This document shows positions 51,201 to 64,000 of a DNA stretch of 64,000 nt, one piece after another (within the stretch, counting starts at the first letter, position 1; each line of letters starts with the position of its first letter). The stretch is from Isurus oxyrinchus (Eukaryota). A model generated the notes under the pieces. It had not been told where the DNA came from. It saw nothing but the letters and a program-made list of their open reading frames with translations, and made no database searches. The position numbers and the translations under genes are program-made. The stretch lies in NCBI GenBank assembly GCA_026770705.1, contig JANJGN010000019.1:31372001-31436000 (forward strand). Direction: 5' to 3'.

Positions 51201-54200
51201 CACTAGCGGTAGTTCCAAATTTGTTTGTAACACCGACATTCTCATTATTAGACTTTAACAGCCGATACGGGAGTCGTTAAACAAGAGTCGAATCATAGGG
51301 ATCTTGCAGTCAATGCTTTATCAGAGATGTCAATAGCGGTGCATGAATGTGTATTTGAGGATAGAAAAGCTTTATTAATTTTCAAGGGGAATATCATTGT
51401 GTGTGTATGCGGGTGGAAACATCGTTGTCAAACAAATGTTGTATATTCCTGTACATCCACGTTTATCTGTTAGTCCTACTGTTTCAGATAATACCTAACA
51501 TTAGAATATTTTTGATGCGCGGATCCACGTGTTTGTGCATGAACCTCAAAGATTTTTTTAAAATGCCAAACGGGGTTTCTTGTTCCTTTGAATAACTTTA
51601 CAGCTGGAGTCCGGTCCAATTGTTTCTCTTTTCCTCTTCTCTGCCCATATCACAGTATTTTTTGTCTCGAAGTACAATTACAACCTTGGAGCCGAAGGGA
51701 ATCGAATGTTTTACTGCTGGATCCACATCATTATCGTTAAATATTGGTGATATTCAACAGAGAGTATCCCAATTCGTCGATAAACGCTTGGGCGCGGGCT
51801 GAATTCGAACAATCGTCGCTGCTATGCAGGAAGATACAAGTGTTAGTCAAGTGTGCAAGAGATACAAGTATTCATCGCAAGTACTAACTAATTGGCCCTT
51901 AAATTACAACATTCACCAAGGTGTAATCCGAATGTTGATAACGGCGAAGACAAAATTATCTTAAAATGGCAAGACATTTAGTGGAAAGTATAACGCCCCC
52001 CCCCCCCCCCCCCACCAATACACTCACAAACTCAGACATACCACACAAGGTTCATCAAAGTATTCTGAGCTTTAAAGAAATATATTGTAAAAATCTTCAT
52101 GTGATCGTGTTCAGTGCAGTTATATTTTATAGGTGAACAAAGTGACATTGACTCTACATTTGCCCAATCTCTTCGCTTCTCCCAAACACCAAACACCACA
52201 AGTCAAAGCAGGCAATGTTACTCCTGAAATTGAATGAATCCAGTTTCACATACAGTAGTAGATAGTCTAGATTAAAAGAAAACATTGGAACAACAGTATA
52301 GCATATTGTTTCTAAATTTCCCAACTCAGGATATTGTCTCCACCTTCTCCTCCGCGTTAGAGTTAACTTCACACAGGGGATATGTAATGATTTAATGATG
52401 GCGCAGTTGGGCACATACTGGAGGCAATGCCTGGGTATGAGGAGAGAGCCAACCCTAAAAGCCCGGAACCCGATAGCTCGTAACTCAAAGCCCGAGGAAG
52501 CAACCGCGCCCGCTCGCACCGCCAGCATAACCAAATCTTTGAACATGTTTAGGATTTAGGTTCTCCTCATGGAGTCGAATGTTTGACTCCCAGTCCGAAG
52601 GTCACTGCTTGGAGCCCCCCGTCACTCATTATGATGGGGGATTGTGTTCCATTCTGGGTCATGTGGAAGTCTGTTGGGGAGAGAATGCAGCTACAAGGAG
52701 GGAGGCCGCACACACCGGACAGGGCCTATCCTGTCTGTAGAGTATTTCCTTGCTAGTCCGGAGTGAAGGAGGTTCCGGAGAAATCCAACACCGGCCGTCA
52801 CAGCCTGACCTTGTGTGCAAGGTATTTGCACAATTATGTATTCCCTATTTTTAAACGATCTTTCAGTATTTTTTTTTCTCCTCGAATAAAATTGGTTTTC
52901 TCGGTCATAAATTCGAGATCAGAAGCAGCAGCCCAGGGGCTGCTCCATTTGTCTGTTATACAATGGTTAGTTGTGCAAAATTTTTTACCGCGCACACATG
53001 GGAGTCGGTTTTCTGTAAAGCACAGGGCAGACGAAGTTCAGGTTGTGTGTAAACACGGCAAGTAAGCGCCTCAACCCCAACCCCACCGTAAGGCAACCTC
53101 AGTCAGCCTTAGAATTGCCTGTGCACTGAGAAAGTAGCTGAGCCCCGCAGCTTTGCAGACCGCAGCTAGCAGCAAGATGTCGCCGACTGACTGAATGAAG
53201 AATCCTCACTTTGAAATGTGTAGATCCTATACGTGAAAATAAGAAAAAAACATGTGCAAGAATATGGAGAAAAGGCTAATTGGAAAGTTCTCTCAGGTGA
53301 GCCGAATGGCCTCCAGTGTTGTAAGATCCTATGATTATCTTTAGTGGAGCTTTTTTGACCCAATCAGTGGGATGAATTTTCCCCCCTTTCTCATTTAGAG
53401 AAATGCGTTACTGTGTTTTGGGATTGTACTATCATTATGCTCTGTTCAGTTTTCTTTTTCTTTTTCCCAGTTACAACGGAGTCGAACACTCCAGAAACAT
53501 TCATCACCGTCAACAGAAACACACACACTCTGCAGAAACCTTGTACGTCATCTTTAAAACATCCCTTGCAGCAACAGACACCCTGCTTCACTCACAGGGA
53601 TTGCTGTCGGTCAGTCTGGCGCTGGTAGCCTTTTACCGGACAGCTGATGCCACCTGGTGGTTCTCTCGGTACTGACAGGCTCGGCACACTGAAGCGAAAT
53701 GCAGCTTTCGCCCCTATAGTTAAATAGAGCCCATGAAAGTAACTCGAATCGCATTTGACCCATGCCCTCTGTTAAATCACAACAAAGGTTTTTTCTTCCT
53801 TTCGTGCTTTCAAGAACCTCCATAGTTCTCCAAGAAGCATGAGTTGAAACATTTAGAATTATGTTAGTGTTCGATACTGAGGATATACCAGCAGAAAATA
53901 TATTCAATTTATAAATGAATCCTTGAAGTTGGATAATAACATACTTGATTTTAGTGGTGGATTTTTAACAACACTGCTTGGTGCGTTTTGTATGTTTAAG
54001 AATCACAACACTTTAAGAAATCGCAATTAATTACGTTTCACCTGAAGGACGGTGCATGAATAGTTAGGATTATTTATGTTGCCACTTTTTCTCAGTCAAT
54101 GCATCTAACTCACTTTATAATTCTGATCCAATAATTGTGTATGTAAAAAGCTTAGGCCAAATTCATAAGGTGGGCTGAGTATTGTGAATTCATGACGTGA

Positions 54201-54619
54201 TGGGTAAAGGCTGGGATTTACTAAAAACAGGCCATTCAGCCCCTCAAGTTTGCTGTGCCATTCAAGTACAGCATGGCTGGTCTGTGCCCCAATCAGTCTC
54301 CAGGACACAGCCATGTGCAACCCTGGAGAAAAATCATCGGGACATTAAAAAAAAAGGTTGGGTTTTTTGTCATTTTCTTTAAACATTTCCCTTTACCAGA
54401 TATAAGAATATTGAAAATGGGGGTGGGGTGTGGCGGGGAAGGCTGTTTGGCTGATAGTCTAGCATTATCCAATTGGGCAATGAGTCTTTTTGCTTCCCAA
54501 TTGGTGTAGGAGGGCAGTGCTTCACAAGGATGGATGTGTTGGCCACTAATGGCTGGAGTGTGGGGGCAAGTCATGTGATGAGGCCTGCACAAATAGATGT
54601 AATCACAATTGGCAACCCT

Positions 54620-56160
54620 AGGCACAGAGAATGTCATTTGGGCCTTTAATTTCAGCAGTTTCCATGCTGTGGCAAGGCCAGGCCTCATTGGAGAGGTTTA
54701 TACAGAGCTGCAGGAAAAATTTGCTTGGACTTAGGAGATTAATATATTCACAGGCTTTGGAGAGGAAAAGGGAAGTTGGAGAAGAGGCAATAGTTTGCCT
54801 CTGTGATCAAAGGATTTTTTTGAGGAGAGGAGTGTTGATGGCAGATTTGAAAGTGAGGGGCTAGCATGTTAGGTAAATAAACCATTTACAACATCAACTA
54901 GCATGGAAGGCAGGAAGAGATGTTGGGTGGTCTAGAATTTGTTGGGAATGGGACACAGGGGGTGAGAGGGGAATCTCACAGAGAAAGCATGATGAGAAAT
55001 AGGAGAGAAACTAGGGAAAGAAGTGGGCCCAGGGCTAGAGAGGGGGGGAGCCTTGGTGGGAAATAGGAGGTGGGGTACGGCCCAGAAACAGCTAAATGGG
55101 TGGCATTAATCTTAATGACAAGGAAGTCCATGACATTTGTTATTGGAGGTAACGGTGGAGGTGCCAGGGGAGAGACGTTTAAAGATGGCTGGGGATGGAG
55201 AAAGTAAGCTGGGGATTTTTTTCCTTTATGTCCCTGGGGCAGTGGATGGTTTTGGCAGAGGAGAGCGAGGCCTAATAGCACTTGATGTGGTCCAATGATA
55301 TCTGGTGATGGGTGAGTAAACCAGTTGTGTGCTAGACATGCTCAAGTTTGTCGCTCTTGGAGCTGAGGGAGCACAGGAACAACTTTGATGGGCAAGAGCA
55401 AAAGTTTTACTGGAGACAAGGGCATAAAAAGTCAAGTTAAGGATACGTTTGGGAAAATCAACAGCTGCAGAAGATTTGTTGTGAAAGGAGTCCCAATGAT
55501 AGACAATTGAGAATTTGAAGGGTTAACCATAAGTGACTTGGTGGAGAGTTTATTCCAGGATCCGATGCAGGGGGAAGTGAGATTTAGAAGTAAGTAGGGC
55601 AATAAAGTGAATGGTTGGAGCTGGCCTTCTCTGTGATCCATACTATGTGAGTAGAGAATCCACATGAGATGGTAAGATAAAGGGAGTGATTATGAATAAA
55701 GACAGGAGAATTTAGGTGGAGCAGGAGATTTAGGGAGGGCAGGAGGTCACTGAATCAGAGGAGTGAAAGCAAGATGAAGCATGGAGATTGAAACCACTGA
55801 GGATTAGGAGTTTCTCAGAGGTTGAGAGAGGGAAGGATGGAGGAAATCCATGAGGTTGGGTTGAAATTTGAAGGGGCAAAAGACTGAGGATTTTAAATGT
55901 GACGTGAGAATGGTGGAACAAGGTGAGGTGTTCAAGGGAGGAGAAGAGGAGAATGTACCAGCGGGGTAGACGGAGAGACCAAAGTGAGATTAGAGTCACA
56001 TCACCATCATGGTGGTTTGTGTGGGACAAGCAGTGGAAAGTATAAGCAGCAGGGAGGCTTCAGTAAGAGGTAAGATGTCATCCATGAAACAAGCTTCAGT
56101 CAATGCCATGATATCAGTACAATCGTCCATAGTAATGCCCTTGTTCATGAATATTGACAC
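54620..56160 (-). mobile_element. Decayed L2 LINE (endonuclease region and downstream)
   Basis: Reverse complement resembles 3600-4500; minus-strand DIMALTEAC (cf. ALTETW) near 56090-56115 and LLILSGFNLH (cf. ILGDFNIH). Confidence 0.65.
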
Positions 56161-58662
56161 GAATCTGATATTCACTGTCTAGTTCTTTCTCATTGTCTTC
56201 AGCAACCTGAAGAATCACCTCTTGGGATTTGTCTCAAATTGCTGCTATTATACAAAGGCGGAGTAAGTCCTGAATTCTGCTGCAAAACCCCTACAATTGT
56301 AAGATGGGGTTGCTCACTAGATCATCCTTCAGCAAATATGGAACAGGAAAAGTGGAATTCTCTACCCACTGTACTCCTGCATTGTCCCCGCACAAAGGAA
56401 ATATTTTTGATTAAATCATATTTCTTGGTGTGGGCTATGCATGATATATCTGAAGAAACATATGCTTCTCTATCCATATCTCACTGGCACTATCAGCAAC
56501 ATCATTTTGTAGGACCCAGATAATTCACTGACAATGTTGGAGTAAAAACTTGCATTGGTGCTTTTGGGGCACTAGCATTACTGGGTAAATTTCTCTTGCC
56601 TGCAAATTAAACTATTCTAATTGGAAGAGAGCCACCTTTCATTCACAACCTGTTCAAAAATGTACAATAAAATGAGTTTCGTAAAGGTATCGGGCTTGCA
56701 CATAATGGAGTGGTTCAGTGATTTAAATTGAACTCACTTTAATTCCATTGAAAGCAAGGCTAAGACGAGAGCATTTATTTTAGACTGTCCACCATGCTAT
56801 CTTATTAAAGTAATCTTTTGAAATAATGCCAGCACTGGCACCCAAGCCCCTGGTATCAGCCACCGTTGATGAATAAGTAAGAAAAATCTTGATAGGCATT
56901 ATAAAGCGCCTGCCAGATCCGTTTTGGTATGTAAACATGCTTTTTTGCAAAGGTGCAGGGAACAAAACTTTCAAAACCATCCCCAGCCAGAGAACAAAGG
57001 CAGGCATAAAATTGGCAAGAAGCAAATCCAATACGCCTGGTAAACAGTTAAAAATTCTCATTCTACCAAGTGAATTTGTTGACTGGTATATTCTTTGGAC
57101 TAAACACAGCTCTTGGATCAGCAACATATGCAGAGTTTATATATGAGATGATTGTGAAATTCAAAGGCATTTTTCAGGTTGACCTCATGGGTCAGCTGCT
57201 GAGGATGTACCTAAAAATAAAGCTTAAAAATAAACAAGATAATGAAGCTGCACCACTGTTAATGCACAGAAAATGATGCTGTATTCTGGGCAGTTTGTTG
57301 ACCCCTTTCATTTTGATGTTTAGCAGTTTGTTGAAGAAGTCCAAAATCTCATAAATTAAAATGATTGTGATCATTTTGTTGAAAATATACATAACTTTCC
57401 TTCGTTTAAATGCAATAAGGACAAAAAACCCACAGGTGCAAATTATTTAATCTGTCAGTACAAAGGGTGAAATTAAAGAACCACGTGCTTAGTGGTGTTT
57501 TGGAGAATTGAAAGGAAGGTTTTTATTCACTAACGCAGGCACAGAAAAATGTTCATGTGCACACAAGTGCCAGCTTGTGTTTCCAGTTACTGGCAAGCCC
57601 ATAATACACAGGTTGCTGTAATCTGATAGTTGGGAGTTCCGAAACATACAAGGACTGAAACGAAAGAAGAGACAGTGATCCAGAATCCACAAGAAACTAT
57701 TTATTAATTTCAACAGTAGTGAATCTGTTTAAAAATTTATGAAGAGTGAAAACAGAGAACTGAAGGAGGAATGAAGAACAGAGAAGCAATAAGCAATGGC
57801 TGGATCTGTGTTTAATATTTTTTTTAATGAATATAATTATTTATAGCCCAAGCTCTGGGTTCCTTTTTAGCTGACAGTTTGTTACCTATAAAATACGCAT
57901 CAAAATCCTCAAAACCTTCTGGTGCTTCCCATTGGCTCTTGTACTGGAAAAAAATGATTTAGAGCATCTTACCATTGTGGATTGATTATATTAAGACTGA
58001 TCAGGACTGACCTTTGACTTTTGACTTTTGCCCACCTAAAATGACGTTGAGGAGGCCCAAACTATTTTCACTATGGCTTCGCAATAAAAAATGTCTTCAA
58101 ATTTGATAGCGTGTGCTTGTTTTTCAGGCGCAAAATGGACACTCAAATGTCCAATATGGTTGACAATGTGCGTAGGCTCATTACACACTGGAAGCGTATT
58201 ACTATACTGACAAAGCATGGTAGTGTATTGGTAAAGGCAGAGAAAGAGGCACTCAGGGCCCATTTTAAACAGTTTGTCTGTGTTCAGGAAAACATGGTCT
58301 ACATTCAGTCTAAACATTTTCAGTCCATTTTCAAACGGACCATTGGATGCTGCCACCAAAAAATTAAATTAAATTAAAAAATAATTACTTGATTTAGATT
58401 TTGGAGCTGCAAGAGTCCTCCTCCAGGCTTCACCGTAGTGCCAGAGACCATTCCCAGGTCCTATTTAACCCCCTCTCAATCGCATCCCTTCTCTCCCAAT
58501 TTTCCCCTTTCTTTCCGATCGTCCTGATTGTCCCCAACCCTAACAATTGACTCCTCTCCCTCTCAATCACACCCCATCTCCTCTCCCATGACCTACCCAA
58601 GGGCCACCGCCAGTGATGCAGTGGCCCTGCTTTGGGACACTCAGTAGATGTCTGCAGTTTGC

Positions 58663-59535
58663 TGTTCTAAAGAGGCCTGAGGCCCAATATTGGTGCACCT
58701 TGGGCCTTCCTATTCCAAGGGTTGGGATCATTCCCATGCATCCAGTTTGTGCTAGCTAGGCCAATGGGTCCAAAATAAAAATTCAGCTGAAAAAGCTGTA
58801 GAAAGTGACCATTCAAGGTGTTGGCCAGAGGCTGCAGCTGAACTGCTGACACAGGCAAAAACAACTTTGACCTGAAGTAACCTGAGTCCAGCCACTGGCC
58901 TGAGCAACTTTTGAAACCTGAGCTCCAATCACCGGGTCTCAGCTGGCTAGAACCGGGTTTGAAATAGCTGAGTGTCTTGAAGACAAAGGAAATGTGATGC
59001 ATCCTTATTTAGAAAAGGAAGAACGAGGTGATACTGCAAGTCTTGGAACAGAGCCATTGAGAAGATGCCACAGATCAGGCCTAAACCAACGGGAGAGAGA
59101 CAGCACAGCTTGAAAAGATAAGATTCAATATAAGATTGAAAGGATTTCGGGCATGGAGCAGCGAGACTCCAGAGACCAACCATCGCAGAAGCAGAAGAAC
59201 CTACGTCAGCAATGTAGAGACGCAAGAGAGAGAGAACGGAACGCCTGGCCAGTGTCAGCTCTCCTTTTCGGGTATTAGCTTTTATATTCTGTGACCACTC
59301 TGGGAGTATCAGAGAAACCTAGTGGATGTATGTTTAGATCCTAGTTTTGGATATAAAACTCTATAACCTGCTGTAAACTGCATGTCTATATTTGACCAGA
59401 CGTTTAAGCTATATGTAGATGATCTAACGATGTGAATAAAGTGAATTTAGAGTTAAGAGAGAATTGACTCTTCTCCTCTGTGTACTAAGCCAATAACCGT
59501 TACCGGTGATCTCCGGCAACAAAGGAATGATAACA
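58663..59535 (+). mobile_element. Possible solo LTR
   Basis: TGTT...TAACA termini and AATAAA about 100 nt from the 3' end; no clear TSD. Confidence 0.25.
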
Positions 59536-59994
59536 GTTAATAAGTGGAAAACCTCCTTTGAAGCAATATCTCCATCCCCATCTGCACTAAGTTGAAAGGA
59601 CTTGGTTAAGAGAAACAAACTGAATCCCAATACTTGAGGTAATGGCTTGAGGGGCTGGTGAAAATGGCACACCTGGTAAGAATGCCCCAAAATCATAAGG
59701 GCAGAATGGGTGGGGAGAATAAAAGAGGTTGTCAGCTCTCCATCAAACTGAACCCAGCTTAGCACTGGAACTCCCCAATGAAGCCTTACCAAAGTCATTG
59801 CAGCTCACCAGTGTATCTCATTGAGAAGAGGAAACCTCCAGACCCACAGATATTGCAAATCTAACAGTTATAAATCACATATTATTATTGATTTTATATT
59901 TTCAGTAATCAACTACTGATTATGACTTCAGTTTTAGACAGCAGTTGCTAAACTTTCAGTGAAGCTATCACCATAGATAAACTGCACAGTATAC

Positions 59995-60305
59995 ACAGAC
60001 CCAGGGTCATGTGCTGGGGACCTGGGTTCGAACCCCACCACGGAATTTGAATTCAATAAAAATCTAGAATTAAAAGTTTAATGATAACCATGAAACCATT
60101 GCCGATTTTCATAAAAACCCATCTGGTTCACTAATGTCCTTTAGGGAAGGAAGTCTGCTGTCCTTACCTGGTCTGGCCTACATGTGACTCCAGGCCCACA
60201 GCAGTGTGGTTTACTCTTAAATGTCTTCTGAGCAAGGGCAGTTAGGGATGGGCAATAAATATAGACCTAGCCAGCAACACCCACATCCCATGAATGAATT
60301 AAAAG
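59995..60305 (+). mobile_element. tRNA-derived SINE
   Basis: B-box GGGTTCGAACCCC; body matches 30688-31083. Confidence 0.85.
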
Positions 60306-63300
60306 AAATACAAAGATTCACAGGACAACAACTGTTGTCCCCAATTTTAAAATGACTGCCCAGAATAATATAAAACAATCCTGTGAACATTCAACATTAG
60401 TATTTTATGTAGCATATAGGGCTTAGATAAAGGGCTTACCCTGTGATTTATTACAGACTGCGAACACCTCAATGACAGGGAAATTGCCTCAGGTTATCCA
60501 TTATTAGGAGAGTTGGGAAGCTTGTCTCAGTTGGTAGTTCTCTTTCCTCTAGTTTGGTTGGTTCACGATTCACCCCATAATTTGAGGATTCAACCTAGGC
60601 TCCACTCAGGGAATGGTAAACCCCTGAATGCTCTTAATGGGAAGGATTCTTTAAAAATGGAATGGAATGTGGGGAGCTTTTCTATCACGTGTTAAAAAAG
60701 GAACATGAAAAGCGAATGACTGCTGTGAGAAAACAAGAACTAGGCTCCAAACTAAGGGTCAACTTAAAAGCTTTATTCAGAAGGCCAAATCGTGGCTTAT
60801 CAAACGGCTTTAAAATAACTCTGTCAATCTGTACCTCTAGGCCTCACAATACTATTCTAGCTAGCTTAACATACATTATATGCACTTTATGACATGTATT
60901 GAACTCAATTCTTCTGCACAGGGCAGCAAGCGGGATGACTTAATCAATGTTAGTTCTTCCCAATGTTGGTTGCTGCTCCTCATTATAATCATGTGGGTTA
61001 ATTCAATATTTGCCTCTAAATCCTCTTCTCCAGATGTCAGGGGCAATGAGCTAATATCTCTCCTCCAATCCATGCTGGACACATTTGATGTTTTTAGTTT
61101 CATTGGCTCTACCTCCACTTGTTTTGCAGACCACCCTGCCAAGTCCTTGACCCCTATCTGAGGGTCTTCATCTCTCAAGTTCAACAAGTACCGTTATACA
61201 ATTATCAACTTAATTTGATCAGTTTAATGCAAACAATTGCAATTCATTATTAGGCTTAATTACGCATTAATCCTGGAGCACCCTTCCAAAACATCAAGCT
61301 GACTAATCAGCAGGTTGCTTGTCCACACATCCCCTCACTTTTCCATTGGCCATTTTAAGGGTTGATGAGATATTTTGGACCTGTATGTGGGTGTAATGTT
61401 GTCTGGTTTTAACTTTTCAATGCCTTATGTCTCCAACTTCCTTTTATTAACTCACATTGCAGTACCTTTGCACCCTACATCTTACAATAACTGGCATCAG
61501 CTTACACGTACATAAGTTTGCACAAGTATTGCTCCTTTAATGGCATAATTACTTTTTTCAGCAAGAGCTAATTTTGCCACCCACTTAGTAAAATTGCAGC
61601 ATCTATAACTCATGTTCAGTTTTAACATTTCAAAATGCCATTTTCCTCAAATACAGACAATCAGATCAATTAACTGCCTTAATCAGTGAAGGGAAAACAT
61701 ATTCCCCGACACTATAGTATAATGTTCTGGCTTCTGCCATCATTTTGGATGAAGTGTGGAATGTTAGTGAATATAAAAACATATACCTTTTTTTTACTGA
61801 TATGTTGAGCATTTACAATATTAGGAAGTATAATTCATGCAACATCCCAACATTTTCAGATTGACATTGAAAGGATATTTGGATTAAACAGGAGCATGTT
61901 CAGACTAATTTTTCTGTTAGCAAGGACATACATATCCCAGGCACTGATGGACATGAGGGCATCAATTTATGTGGTCTCTATCATCCTGAAAAAAATTGGT
62001 GGACAATGATAAGGTCCTGTAGGACTGGAAACAAGCTAAAGAAGTATTTTTATTTAACAAGGTTAACAAATCTGACTCAAGTGTACATAGACCAAATACA
62101 GATAAGATCATGGGACTATTCCAAAGAATATCCAAACAACAGTAAATCTTTAAGAAATGATCAGAGTGGTTACCTGGGCTTTATGCGATAGTGTAAAATG
62201 GGTGACAGTGAGTAACAGCCCATTTTACATTTTTCTTGATTTTTATTTCTGTAGGCTCCAATGTAAATTAAAATAGGAAAAGAAACAAAATGTTCTACCC
62301 ACTAGCTTTTTTACATAATTACACAAACCTCATTGATTGCTTTGTAAATAGGTAACATGGTGGTACCTGTTATGATACACACTATATGTATTGGCATATA
62401 TATGTATGTAACCATATATTGATATATATGTATATAATCTTTCAAAAATCTTTGGCAATCCTGATTGAACTAAAATCTGCGGAAATCCTAGATTAACACA
62501 ACAGGAAACAGAAAGTATATGTGAAAAGTGTATTGTCAAATTGGAGAGAAATAGTTTGTAGAGCCTGCACAGTTTTAATGAGCTGAATATCAAAACCATT
62601 TATCAACAGCTCAAAACTGCTGATGACTAAACAGGAGAAGTGTAAAGACATAGGTTGCAGAAAAAGATTTCCAAAATGTTTCAGGTTAACTATCGGATAA
62701 ACAAATGATAAACGAAGTTTAATACTGAGCAATGCCTAATATACACAAATCAAAAAGATGTGGCATATGTAATGGAAGTTCACAAGGCCCCACTTGCACA
62801 GTTACCAATGACATGCTCATCATGCTAGATGGCAAAATTCATGGTGTACATCACTGATCTTGCCATTACAGAAAAATTTGGATTAGTGCCAACTACACCA
62901 CCATGCTTGGCTCTTGAATTCCATTCTATCAAATGCTCTATTCTAAATGACCCCATAAAAGAGGGACTTTGCGCAATTGCTTTTTAATAATGTGCTCAAC
63001 TTCTCATCATCTAGTGAATAATGCAACTCCAACTTTTTCATCAGATTTTCCACTACAGTGTAGCATAGCAAAATCAAACAAGACAGTCAACCTCAGTAAT
63101 AGCAGAACTACCCTGACTGAAACATACTTCCTGTTCTTACTTGTGGAATTTAAAGTTTGGAATCAACACCAGCTGCTGCCTCCAATCACTGCAATAGATC
63201 TGAATATAGCACACTGACTAAGAAATAATGAATATATATTTTATTGCAGATGTCATTCAGATTATATGATTTTGTTTCAACTCGGAATATGTCTGATTAA

Positions 63301-63519
63301 AGTGCATTCTGACTGCAGAATCTGTAATGGCAGGCATTAAGTGTAATTCAGAATCTGATAACTCTTCTATTTAAAAATATATTGCTTTAATATCTAATCA
63401 CAAATATATATGTAATATGACTCACAAGTTAAGATGTAAAATATAAACTTTAAAATGTGCATCCATGTATTTGGGAGCCACCACATGGCCATGCAGTTAA
63501 AATTGTCCAGGAATACTTT

Positions 63520-63940
63520 AAGAAAAGAAAGAAAGACTTGCATTTATATGGCGCTATTCATGACTTCAGGATTGCCCAAAATGTTTTACAGCCAATCGAA
63601 CTTTGAAGTTCAGTCATTGTATGAAATTCAGCTGCCAGTTTGCACATGGCAAGGTCCCACAAACAGCAATGAGATAATGACTAGATAATGACAATTTGTT
63701 TTATTGATTTTGGTTGAGTGATAAATATTGGCCAAGACACTGGAAGAATTCCCTTCCTCTTCTTCAATATTGCATTGGGATCCACCTGGGAGGACACTCA
63801 GGGATTTGGTTTAACATCTCATCCAGGAGAAGGAATCTCAACTCTGGAGCACTGCAGTGAAGTGTCATCGTGGATTTATGTTCTCTAGTCTCTGGAGTTA
63901 TTGTATATAAGTCTAGAGTTATTTTACCTGAGTTTTTGTA
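63520..63940 (-). mobile_element. DeuSINE
   Basis: (AAAG)n tail and ACTTGCATTTATATGGCGC, plus the reverse complement of the Deu core (TTTGCACATGGCAAGGTCCCACAAACAGCAATGAGATAATGAC). Confidence 0.8.
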
Positions 63941-64000
63941 TGACTGAGCTACCAGCAGATTGAGAACAGTAAGAAAGTATAGGGTCCAATTCCACTTCAT

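Noticed and set aside
52572-52640. Small hairpins GGAGTCGAA..TTTGACTCC and CTCATTATGATGGG as a structured ncRNA
   Set aside because: Too short, and no recognisable RNA family motif.
60876-61187. Overlapping ~100-aa ORFs on both strands
   Set aside because: No recognisable domain or splice context; probably decayed repeat or chance.

Overview
Eukaryotic vertebrate DNA, most likely from a cartilaginous fish (shark). This is inferred from the repeat families (DeuSINE/SacSINE1-like and other tRNA-SINEs, CR1/L2 LINEs, Penelope-type tails, Harbinger MITEs). The only well-supported host gene is a two-exon six1 on the + strand: CDS 39065-39624 joined to 40893-41196, 287 aa, with a SIX domain, a homeodomain and the C-terminus [10 protein letters not shown]. 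It lies in a ~21 kb CpG-retaining, repeat-poor domain (~32.9-53.9 kb) that probably holds its enhancers. Both flanks are repeat-rich, with nested insertions. Nearly all short ORFs in the track are noise or transposon debris. The most notable observations are: (i) a TSD-flanked ~850 bp palindromic Penelope-like insertion, plus sister copies, carrying degenerate minimal hammerhead-ribozyme folds with co-varying helix II; (ii) three separate locally templated duplications/insertions, one inside a Helentron/HINE-like element; (iii) a Harbinger transposase fossil sharing its TIR with three MITEs; (iv) three miR-30 seed sites, MEF3 (SIX) sites and a possible in-frame downstream exon around six1. I found no evidence of a wholly new multi-gene system. 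Repeat family names and enhancer calls come from pattern recognition, not database searches.
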